Assembly (NCBI GenBank): GCA_963663545.1
Contig: OY760505.1
Coordinates: 1,184,001 to 1,248,000 of the forward strand
Reading direction: 5' to 3'
Length of the DNA stretch: 64,000 bases
Source of the DNA: Candidatus Delongbacteria bacterium
GTDB lineage: Bacteria > CAIWAD01
Shown: positions 50,101-58,200 of the stretch, piece after piece
Position numbering within the stretch: the first letter of the stretch is position 1
Layout: each line of letters opens with the position of its first letter
The notes under the pieces: generated by a model
Seen by the model: only the letters and a program-made list of their open reading frames with translations
What the model was told of the DNA's origin: nothing
Database searches by the model: none
Program-made: the position numbers and the translations under genes

Positions 50101-50522
50101 TGAGCGGACGCAAAGTGCTCGCCGTTCCCAACCCATATCGCTTCGACCGGGACTACACTCAGAGCTACATGGTGGGCGCCGGCCCGGTGGGCGCACCGGA
50201 GAGTTCTCTCTCGTGGGAGAATCAGGACGACGGTGATCCAACCTTCTGGCCGCAGCAAGACAGGCGCATGGACTTCATCAACCTGCCCGCCAAGTGTCTG
50301 ATCCGCATCTACTCGCTGTCGGGCGATCTGGTGCAGATTCTGCCTCACAATGTGTCCGGTGATACAAACTATGGCTGGGCGGCCGACTATAGCGAGAGCT
50401 GGAACCTGAACAACCGCAACTACCAGCTTGTCAGCAGCGGGCTCTACTTCTTTTCCGTTGAGGATTTGACGGAAGAAGGCAAGGGCGAGATCCAGACCGG
50501 GAAATTCGTTATCGTTCGCTGA
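47160..50522 (+). CDS. Large secreted acidic surface protein with Ca-binding-like repeats and C-terminal sorting domain
   Basis: Signal segment; CEFPGGS..YLF..GLWVG; DxNxNG..D.GE repeats; poly-Pro then FN3-like region; AVPNPY...SGLYFFSVED...GKFVIVR. Confidence 0.85.
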   Translation: MGSPTRLSALHHVAKDTTSHRDRETRLRVLALLFGISLSTLVLGADVYPSRAAADRDSSSTSLSQSVSGSLSVSVSSFDSQSQAGSDESQSNPISESPTRENSATGILSRNSIPIPIPIPTEQDPEPKGDRTAALPYTTNRTHRVGKVWLTVNNWGWLGNFNDYNDEAYADPEYLDWAPQCEFPGGSDVQYLFAAGLWVGSLIVDESGYTYPRVSTGADGLVAGEAHEFFPDDHTGIIERSTRLNAYNRMGESISDEAAISEQDFIAAYTDTLVDSYLTPSIEGVIHEPLGLRVTQKSYAWSYSYAQDILIIDYEVENVASKHLKNLFIGFYVDADVGRRGYTEKAQDDIAGFITQAYDSARGQWVDVNTAWIADNDGRDADRDTGSNLGCPHVAGVRVLRSPNPKLETSFNWWTSSADISQDFGPSWQRWATSTDGDWTSLRGTPMNDEEKYFILSNGEFDYDQVHVANSSYVNANPQRWYSESGSVTREEAWQDPATNTVDAVDVGNGYDTRYLISWGPMGIYDYTDASGKWIYRLNPGEKFSFTVSLVMGRNFHDRNQPQVMNAETIDEELFDPRNLENSALWAARIYDNEMHDTPLFDFGEDGIPGTLDLGEGDGLLDTGDGWYGEDAGSDGLYAELPADRDSVAVWYFGQFMGWYKGPDADGSENNGILDPGEDELLWSLATFSADSGYVYAGPRFTDHGHTWVDDGQNGRVAWTLGQYENDWFIGHLNLNGVLDRGDGIPDFQGPPPPPPPSLFAETSEDEIILRWGNNSENYVDPFSHIRDFEGYNIWVSNQNLEDGYSLLASFDRLDFGYYDRDGYLRTPPDTRPYEEAPLDTTSEGWFRQPIGPNNGLAAIRNPHGWHEAFVDLNGDLVYNAPEAYADVNRNGQYDEGEPFEDVNYNRSWDAGETYTDENGNGNYDVAADYTVYEYHIGPVRAHFPRWYAVTAWDFGDFLSGTEPLESACTANALQLAPSGVSGRKVLAVPNPYRFDRDYTQSYMVGAGPVGAPESSLSWENQDDGDPTFWPQQDRRMDFINLPAKCLIRIYSLSGDLVQILPHNVSGDTNYGWAADYSESWNLNNRNYQLVSSGLYFFSVEDLTEEGKGEIQTGKFVIVR
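47354..47521. repeat. Inverted pair of (ATCGGT)n arrays inside a CDS
   Basis: 47354-47391 ATCGGTATCGGGATCGCTATCGGTATCGGTATCGAGTT versus 47490-47521 AACTCGATACCGATACCGATCCCGATACCGAC. Confidence 0.9.
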
Positions 50523-51199
50523 TGATGGACCAAGCCGACAACAACCACAAACCCTACCGGCCAGCGCCGGGAAGCCCGGAGCGACGCGTACCACGTAGCA
50601 CTGTGCCGCATCATCGTGAGCTGCGGCGCGACCCCGTGCAGGACCAGGCGGACACAACTCCATCCGCAACGAGGTTGGTTGTATTACGCCAGGGGCTCAA
50701 CTCGCTGGACGCACTTTTCAGCTCCCTCTTTCAATCCATCGATCCTTTGGGGCGCTTTGGTCGCATGTTGCTTGGTGTGTCACACAGCGCCGACGGTTGG
50801 CTCTATCCGCTCTTGGCCTGCGCCTTCTATTTTGGCCTGAAAGACGGTCAACGCTTTCTGATGCACGCGCTGGTGGCCTATCCTCTTCAATTGATTCTGC
50901 AAGAAGTGTTGAAGCGCGCAGTGCGCCGTGTGCGTCCTTTCGAGCGTTTCTCTGTGATACATCGCCGCATTGGTGCGCCTGACATTTACAGTTTTCCCTC
51001 TGGCCACACGGCCAATGCTGTTACCATGAGCATGCTTGTTGTGTTACACGCTCCGGCACTCAGCGTCCCCGCCGTACTCTGGGGAATGTTGGTGGGTGTA
51101 TCACGTATTGCGCTGGGTGTGCATTATGCCACCGACGTCATTGCAGGTGCGCTGCTTGGTGTAGCCTGCGTTCTCTTCACCGGGATCTGGATGCTATGA
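50522..51199 (+). CDS. PAP2 family phosphatase
   Basis: K.AV.R.RP, SFPSGH, SRIALGVHYATD. Confidence 0.93.
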   Translation: MMDQADNNHKPYRPAPGSPERRVPRSTVPHHRELRRDPVQDQADTTPSATRLVVLRQGLNSLDALFSSLFQSIDPLGRFGRMLLGVSHSADGWLYPLLACAFYFGLKDGQRFLMHALVAYPLQLILQEVLKRAVRRVRPFERFSVIHRRIGAPDIYSFPSGHTANAVTMSMLVVLHAPALSVPAVLWGMLVGVSRIALGVHYATDVIAGALLGVACVLFTGIWML

Positions 51200-52305
51200 G
51201 AATCGCCTACGGAGTGCAAACCACAGGCAACGGACACGCCGCTCGCAGCCGCATTGTGATACGCGAGCTCAAGCGTCGAGGTCATGAAGTGCTCACTGTG
51301 CTAAGCGGTGCCAAACCCTGGCGCATGGCCGATGATGAGGATTTTCAGCCCTGTGTAGTACGCAACGGCATGTACTTTGTCGCAACACCTGGAAAGCTAT
51401 CCACTCGGCGCAGCATTGCCAATTTCGAACCTCGCCGCTTTCTGGACGAACTGCGCGAGCTGGATCTGGGAAAAGCCGAACTGGTAATCACCGATTACGA
51501 AAGCCTGACCGCCTGGGCAGCGCGTCGCCGTGGCATTCCCTCCATCGGACTGGCCAATCAGTATTCGGCCCTTGAATTCAGCCGCGTGCCGCGCGGTCTT
51601 GGCTCGCCGTTGCGCAATCAGGTGATGCGCCTCTCGGCCCCCGTCGACCTTCCGTTGGGTCTGCACTGGCATCATTTCAACCTGCCCTTGCTGCCACCCA
51701 TCTGCCCGCGACAGGAGGTTGTGGAGGGCGATCCCGATTGCGTGCTGGTCTACATGCCCTGGGAAGCGCGCGACAATGTGCGCAGGATGTTGCTGCCATT
51801 CGCTGAGCGCACCTTTTTGATTTACGGCTGCGCATCTGTGGACGAAGACGAGGGGCACTTGAAGTGGCGCGGATTCAGCAAGGAAGGCTTCAACCGTGAT
51901 CTGCGCCGTTGCGCAGGCGTCATCTGCAACGCCAGTTTTGAGACTCCCAGCCAGGCCCTGATGCTGGGACGCAAGCTGCTGGTGCGCCCCCTGCAGGGGC
52001 AGCCGGAGCAAGAGGCCAACGCCTCTTCGCTGCAGCAGCTGGGTTACGCGCGTGTGATGCGCAAACTGGAGGCAGAAGCCGTAGCGGCATGGCTGCCGCT
52101 TTCTAGCCCCTTGCCAATGCCTTGGCCGAATGTGGCCTCGCACTTCTGCGACTGGCTGGAGGGTGACCCGACTCAGGCACCCGATGATCTGGCCGAACGC
52201 TGTTGGGCCGAATTGCAGGCCGAACGCGATCGCTTGCTGCTCAGCGATCACCCCTTCGAGAAGCGCGAGGAAGCCCCGCACTCCGCGCAATCTCACCAAA
52301 GCTGA
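51196..52305 (+). CDS. GT-B glycosyltransferase (MJ1255/VC2487-like family)
   Basis: MRIAYGVQTTGNGH..RS, ITDYE, CNASFETPSQAL.LG, PLQGQPEQ..NA. Confidence 0.9.
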   Translation: MRIAYGVQTTGNGHAARSRIVIRELKRRGHEVLTVLSGAKPWRMADDEDFQPCVVRNGMYFVATPGKLSTRRSIANFEPRRFLDELRELDLGKAELVITDYESLTAWAARRRGIPSIGLANQYSALEFSRVPRGLGSPLRNQVMRLSAPVDLPLGLHWHHFNLPLLPPICPRQEVVEGDPDCVLVYMPWEARDNVRRMLLPFAERTFLIYGCASVDEDEGHLKWRGFSKEGFNRDLRRCAGVICNASFETPSQALMLGRKLLVRPLQGQPEQEANASSLQQLGYARVMRKLEAEAVAAWLPLSSPLPMPWPNVASHFCDWLEGDPTQAPDDLAERCWAELQAERDRLLLSDHPFEKREEAPHSAQSHQS

Positions 52306-52346
52306 ATTCCTGACCAACACACGATTAACCTCCTCCTGCGATTCTT

Positions 52347-52901
52347 GTGTCCGTAAATGGACGGGAGGATTCCGTGCGTCTGCTGACCGAACATCTAGTA
52401 GCCTTCGATCTGCGCAGTGTTGACCTGCTGCTGCGCTGCTGTCGTTACAACCATGTGCTGCGTATCCTGCGTGTTGTATCACGCAGTGCCGATGGATGGC
52501 TCTACCCGCTCCTTGTGGTCGCAATAAGCGTTGCCCTTCCCGGTCACGGGCTACGCTTCTTCTATACTGTCGCAACGGGCTTTGCGCTTGTGCTTCCCCT
52601 GCAAGAGCTGGTCAAGCGAAGCGTCAAGCGATTGCGCCCCTACATGCGTGATACACGACTCCAGCATCTTGTGATACCGCCAGACGCATTCAGCTTTCCT
52701 TCAGGCCACACCGCAAATGCCTGGTTGATGGCCATGCTCACCGTCGATTTCCTTCCCTTTCTGGCGCTGCCGATGCTGATCTGGGCAATGCTGGTTGGTG
52801 TATCACGAGTGGCTCTGGGGGTTCATTATCCAAGTGATGTGCTCGCGGGTGCTGTCCTCGGAGGCTGCACAGGACTGTTTCTGAGCGGAGGCGCGGCATG
52901 A
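52347..52901 (+). CDS. PAP2 family phosphatase (second copy)
   Basis: KRSVKRLRP, SFPSGH, SRVALGVHYPSD. Confidence 0.92.
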   Translation: MSVNGREDSVRLLTEHLVAFDLRSVDLLLRCCRYNHVLRILRVVSRSADGWLYPLLVVAISVALPGHGLRFFYTVATGFALVLPLQELVKRSVKRLRPYMRDTRLQHLVIPPDAFSFPSGHTANAWLMAMLTVDFLPFLALPMLIWAMLVGVSRVALGVHYPSDVLAGAVLGGCTGLFLSGGAA

Positions 52902-53980
52902 AGGTTCTCTATGGGGTTCAAACGACGGGAAACGGCCATTTGACGCGCTCCCGCGAAACCGTGCGCGCATTGCGCAAACGCGGCGTCGAAGTCAAAGTGC
53001 TTCTCTCTGGTGATCGTCCGGAACGCGCGCTACAACTCGATGAGTTCAAAGACGCCGACCTGCGCACAGGATTGACCTTTGTAACACGCGCAGGCCGTGT
53101 GATACCGACGGAAACCCTGGCACGCCTTGACCTGCCACGCTTCTATCGCGATTGGCGCAGCCTTGATCTCAGCGATGTTGATCTTGTTATCAGCGACTAC
53201 GAACCGCTCAGCTCGCGCGCGGCGAAACTACGACGCATTCCCAGCATCGGCCTGGGCCACCAGTACTCCTTCGTGCACGGCAGCGTGCCTCGTGGTGGTC
53301 GCGGCATCGGAGATCTGATCCTGCGCGTTTTCGCTCCCGTCGATATCCCCATCGGCTTGCACTGGCACCATTTCGGCGCCCCCATTCTGCCACCCATCGT
53401 ACCCGAGCTCAACAGTCACTGGCGCGGCAATTCCGATCGCGTGCTGGTTTATCTGCCCTTTGAGCAGGCTGACTCCATTCGCGCCCTGTTGACTCCTTTT
53501 CCGATGCATCACTTTCTCATCTACGGCCACACGCCGAGCGACAGCGACGAAGGCCATCTGCACTGGCGCACCTTCAGCCGCAGCGGGTTCCTGCGGGATC
53601 TGCACAACTGCGCTACCGTTATCAGCAATGCGGGATTCGAGCTGCCCAGCGAGGCACTACACCTTGGACGTCGCCTGTTGGTGAAGCCACTTCAGGGGCA
53701 GCCTGAGCAACAGGCAAATGCCCGGGCTCTTGAGGAGCTTGGCCTTGCCCGGGTAATGCAGCAACTCGACATCGCCAGCTTGACCTCTATGCTGGCAAGC
53801 GATCTCCCGCGGCCCCAGAACTGGCCTCGCGTGGCCGAGGCATTTGCGGATTGGTTGGTCGCAGGAAGACTTGATCGCGTAGATGAATTGGTCGATCGTG
53901 GCTGGAGCTTCCGTACTCAGCGTTTCGGTAGTTTCCCTCTCCCGGCTGGTGCAAACAGCAAGGCTGTCAGCAGTCACTGA
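52898..53980 (+). CDS. GT-B glycosyltransferase (MJ1255/VC2487-like, second copy)
   Basis: MKVLYGVQTTGNGHLTRS, ISDYEP, SNAGFELPSEAL.LG, PLQGQPEQ..NA. Confidence 0.92.
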   Translation: MKVLYGVQTTGNGHLTRSRETVRALRKRGVEVKVLLSGDRPERALQLDEFKDADLRTGLTFVTRAGRVIPTETLARLDLPRFYRDWRSLDLSDVDLVISDYEPLSSRAAKLRRIPSIGLGHQYSFVHGSVPRGGRGIGDLILRVFAPVDIPIGLHWHHFGAPILPPIVPELNSHWRGNSDRVLVYLPFEQADSIRALLTPFPMHHFLIYGHTPSDSDEGHLHWRTFSRSGFLRDLHNCATVISNAGFELPSEALHLGRRLLVKPLQGQPEQQANARALEELGLARVMQQLDIASLTSMLASDLPRPQNWPRVAEAFADWLVAGRLDRVDELVDRGWSFRTQRFGSFPLPAGANSKAVSSH

Positions 53981-54018
53981 GTCGATGTACAATTGTATCA
54001 CGGTATCACACGCAGCTG

Positions 54019-54396
54019 TTATTCTGTGTCACACAATCCAGGGGGCAGACGGTGGACTCTGATGTAATCAAGCAGAGTGCGTACCCAGGACATGCTGCAT
54101 TCGAGAGGGCAACTCTCAAGATCACCGTCATCCTGGCAGTGCCCCGGGCATCCATCGTGCCCAGCAAGCAACGGCAACTCTTCCCTCTCTGCCAAAGCGG
54201 CTAGCACACTGACCCGTAAGGAAAGCGTCGTTTGACAACCAATGCGAGCGTGGGTAAGCAGAATCAAGCCCTTCATTGGGTCGCGCAACGCGGCCTGGTA
54301 ACCATTCAGGCGCAGATCCGGATCGAGGAAGAGCTCTTCCAGATTCCATCCTGTGCCACAAATCGAGCACTCAAGCACTACCTCGCGATCACTCAT
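54019..54396 (-). CDS. Small Cys-rich hypothetical protein
   Basis: CxxC, H...C, CPGHC, CPLEC pattern. Confidence 0.7.
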   Translation of the reverse strand: MSDREVVLECSICGTGWNLEELFLDPDLRLNGYQAALRDPMKGLILLTHARIGCQTTLSLRVSVLAALAEREELPLLAGHDGCPGHCQDDGDLESCPLECSMSWVRTLLDYIRVHRLPPGLCDTE

Positions 54397-54504
54397 GTCT
54401 CAGCTTCTATTTGACTCTATTTGTTAGGCGTATCGTATTTCTTGTGACGCAGATTCATCGTCCGGACACGACAAGTTTCCGATCTTCGCCACCGTATAAA
54501 CTGA

Positions 54505-54534
54505 AAAGAAAACGGGGACATCGCTGTCCCCGTT
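54505..54534 (-). terminator. Intrinsic terminator
   Basis: AACGGGGACA-TCGC-TGTCCCCGTT with an A-rich 5' flank. Confidence 0.8.
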
Positions 54535-54556
54535 CAAAGCTACATCTACGGATGGC

Positions 54557-55195
54557 TCACATCAGATTGATCTGCGCCAGCAAATCTGCCAGGGCCTGCT
54601 CATCGTTCAGGTCCAAGGTGAATTCGGCAAAGACAGCCTGTACCTGCAGCAGCGCCTCGTCGTAACGGGTCAGCTTGTAAAGATTCCAGGCGGCAATCTT
54701 GCGAATCGCACGGCTGTTCACTTTCGGACAATACAAGAATGCGTAGTCATCGCCTTCCAGGGCCAGGAGGTCCAGCGACCATTCCAATGCCATCAGTGTG
54801 TCCTGGTGCGCCGACGCGTACTGCGCCAAGCCCGCCCAGGCGTCACTGTAATTCTCACGCAGTGCATCCGCACGCAACAAATGAGTATGAACGGCTTCGT
54901 CCAGGTCGTAGGCCGACTCCAGATCCAGCATGGCCTCGCTCCAGCCCAGGCCACACCAGGCCTCGGCATGAGTCTGGTCCTGCTCAACCGCAGCTAAAAA
55001 CTCGTCCACCGCGTACTGATACTCACCCACGACAAACGCTGTCCAGGCTGAAGAGATGTTTCGCCGTGCCACGCCATCATCGTCGTCATCATCGCAGCCT
55101 GCCAGCGGCAGCAACAGAACCAGGAGCGCCAGAGCCCCCACCGCCATCAGGCGCCGTTTGCGCGCTTCCTCGCGCTTGAGTTCAAAGGCCGTCAT
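54557..55195 (-). CDS. TPR-like lipoprotein
   Basis: Lipobox PLAGC, poly-Asp, EAWCGLGW / DAWAGLA helical repeats. Confidence 0.8.
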   Translation of the reverse strand: MTAFELKREEARKRRLMAVGALALLVLLLPLAGCDDDDDDGVARRNISSAWTAFVVGEYQYAVDEFLAAVEQDQTHAEAWCGLGWSEAMLDLESAYDLDEAVHTHLLRADALRENYSDAWAGLAQYASAHQDTLMALEWSLDLLALEGDDYAFLYCPKVNSRAIRKIAAWNLYKLTRYDEALLQVQAVFAEFTLDLNDEQALADLLAQINLM

Positions 55196-55209
55196 CTTAG
55201 GCTCCCAGG

Positions 55210-58200
55210 CTAACGCAGGAGTAGCATACGGGCAGTCCGCAGCTCTCCGTGATACTCAAGTGTGACAAAATAAAGTCCGCTGGCCACTTCCAGATTCTTG
55301 GCATTGCGGCCTTCCCAGGTCAAGTTATGTGCGCCCGCAGGCAAGGTACCGTCGTGCAGCACACAGACTTGCTGTCCGCGCAGATTGTGTATCACAGCGC
55401 GCAGCTTTCCTTCGTCCGGAAGCTCGAAACGGATGTTCGTGCGCGGATTGAAGGGGTTGGGCACAATGGCTGTCAGCTCGAAGCTAGCCGGCGTGATACG
55501 TCCGGTTCCTTCAGCTGCCAGTCCATAGCTGCCGGATTCCGTCAGCGTGATACGATCACCACTTGCCAGTGACGCAACAAAAACCGGTCCCGCGGCATCC
55601 AGACGTACCAGCTCAACACCTTCACGGGCATCCATGCTCAGCACGAAACTCCTGCCGCTGGCCAACTGCAGATCCAGCTGATTCCAGCTCGCTCCCGGCA
55701 ACAAGAGCTCGTTGTCGGTGCGCGAAGCCAGTGCCAGAGTCCAGGCATTCGACTGTCCCAGGATCTGCACCTCGGCGCCGGGCAGCTCGAAGCTGCTGCG
55801 GTTCAGGCTGGCGATCACCTGGATCTCCTGGCTGGTTTCCAGGCCGTGAGTGTCAATGCCGTACAGGCTCAGGCGGGCCAAGTCCTGATCAAGCTGTGTC
55901 TGCAGGAAGTAAACGCGCTGTCCGGTACCGATGTAGCTTTCGCCCTCAAGCAGCGCGAACTCCGCCAGCTCCTGCCCGTTTGCATCAAGCCCATGTGCCT
56001 GAAGCTCGGCTAACTCCTCGTTGCAGTGCAGACCAAGCTCGAAGTAGTTCTGATATAGACTATTGGCCAGCAGCGCAGGAACAAGCGTGGGGGCGGTCCC
56101 GTCGTAGTAGAAGGGAATCACACCCTGCAACGCGCCGAACTCCAAACCCATATAGTAAGCGTGTAGATCGAAGAAGAGCTCGGTATTCTCCGGCAGCTCG
56201 ACTCCGGAAATGGAGACGCTGCTCCCGCTCAGGCCCTCTGCCCGGTACAACTCTTCATTCGCGCTGTTCCTGATCACTGCGGTGTAGGTAGGAGAGCCAC
56301 CCAGATTCGCCGTCATCAGAGAGTCGTTCCAGACCAGTTCTGCATTCGTCAACGTCAGCCACTCCTGCGGCAAGGGCTGTATCACGGGAACATCCGCCTG
56401 CAGGAAGAGGGAGGGCGCTTCTGTCGTAAACAGAATGGCGTGTCCCGCGCCGGGTATCACACAACCTTCACTGGCAAAATTCGAGTAGGTTACTTCCAGA
56501 CCGTCGTTGTGCCCGAAGTTCTGGATTCCCACCGTGGCATAATTGTTGGCCTGATCCTGATTGGTGACCGTCTTGTACTGCATCAGAATGTCTGTGTCAC
56601 CGGTATCTGTCGGACGCACATCCTGGCTGAAGAGTACAATCTGGAACTCCTGCACCGGCTGGCCGGGACTCTCCCAACCGTCGCGGCAGTAGGTTCGGCT
56701 CCACGAAATGATAAAGCGTCCCTCGGCCTCATCATGGCGCATGAAAACAGGCACGTGGGCCGAATCGGGCTTTGCAATATCGTAGACAGGCTTCAGGTCG
56801 TCCCACCAGGCGCAAATCATGTTGGGCGGTCCCAGCGAACTGGGAATGTTCCAGTTGCGGAAATTGGCCATCCAGGTCTCACCCATCGAGATCCAACCAT
56901 TGGAACAAACCGTGATACGATCGAACTCCTCGCCGTAGAACTGAATTGGGAAGGGTATCTCCACAACAGCGGAAGAATCATCCTCTACCTCAATCCACGT
57001 TCCCTCGCCTCCGTAATAGGCATCCAACTCGTACCAGTTGTAGGCAGGGTGACCGAGCACCTGGTAGTCGGTGCTTTCAATGGCGTAGTAACCGTAGCTG
57101 TCCGGGCCCAACGGATCACTAGTCTGACGGTCGATGACAGGAACATCCACCGCCAGGTTCAAGCTGAAATCCGTGGGGCTGTCGCCTTCGCTGACCAGCA
57201 GCGTCAGCTCAGGCTGACGACCATCATAGTAGGCTGGAGCGGGGGTTAGGGGATAGCTGAGCAGCAAACTGTCGCCCTCAACCAGGCTGGCAAGGCTGAT
57301 GATGGAATCGGAAACGGAAATCAGCTGATCTCCGGAAACCAGCATGGCAGTCGCCGAAAGCAGGCTGCTGCCGGAATCGTGACACAAATAGAAGGACAGG
57401 GTATCCGCCATTCCCACCCGTAGATGATTCTCGCCGGAATGCAGCCAAGCCTCGCTCAGGTGCAGCTGTTTGTTCTGCACGCTAAGCTGCTCCATGTGGA
57501 AACTGCTCAGACTTCCGCTGGCGTAGTCGAACACCAGGGGGAGCAGCTCTTCAGCCGGAACACTGCCCAGCACCTGAAGTTGCAGGGGTGCGTCCAACTG
57601 TGCGCTGGTACCCGCTGTCAGAGCCGGCGTTGTCACCTGGCCCGTCAGCAAGGTATAGTAGTCGGGAATCTGCACCCAGTCTGCCGGATCACGCAGACTC
57701 AGCGTCCCGGCAGGCAGATCCGTGGTACCGGAATTGCTCAGAGTGAGCTGCAGGCTGACCTGCTCACCGCCTTGAACCTGATCATCACCTCCAGCACTCA
57801 CAACCAGACTGCCGAAGCTCACACCGGTATCGGTACTCAGGGTGACCTGCTGCTGCAACACCTGATAATCCAAGTGATTGCAGGTGAGTTTGAAAGAGCT
57901 CACTCCCGCACCGGTCAACTCATCCACAGGAATCTCAAGGAAGATGTGGCCATCCTCCTGTGATACACCGCGCGCCAGTAGCAGGGAACTCTGACTGCCC
58001 GCCGTCGCCGTGACACGCGCATCGGGCAGCGGTGCACCGCTATCGGCATCCGTCAAATAGATGTCCAGGTAATCCTGACCGGCAGAAAGCGTGCTGGCCG
58101 CTTCTACCGCCATGGTGTAGGGAGTGTGACGCCAGATCTTCATGTCCGGATCACCAAGCACATTGTACACGTGGTAGTAGAAGTAGGCGTCGTTGAAATC

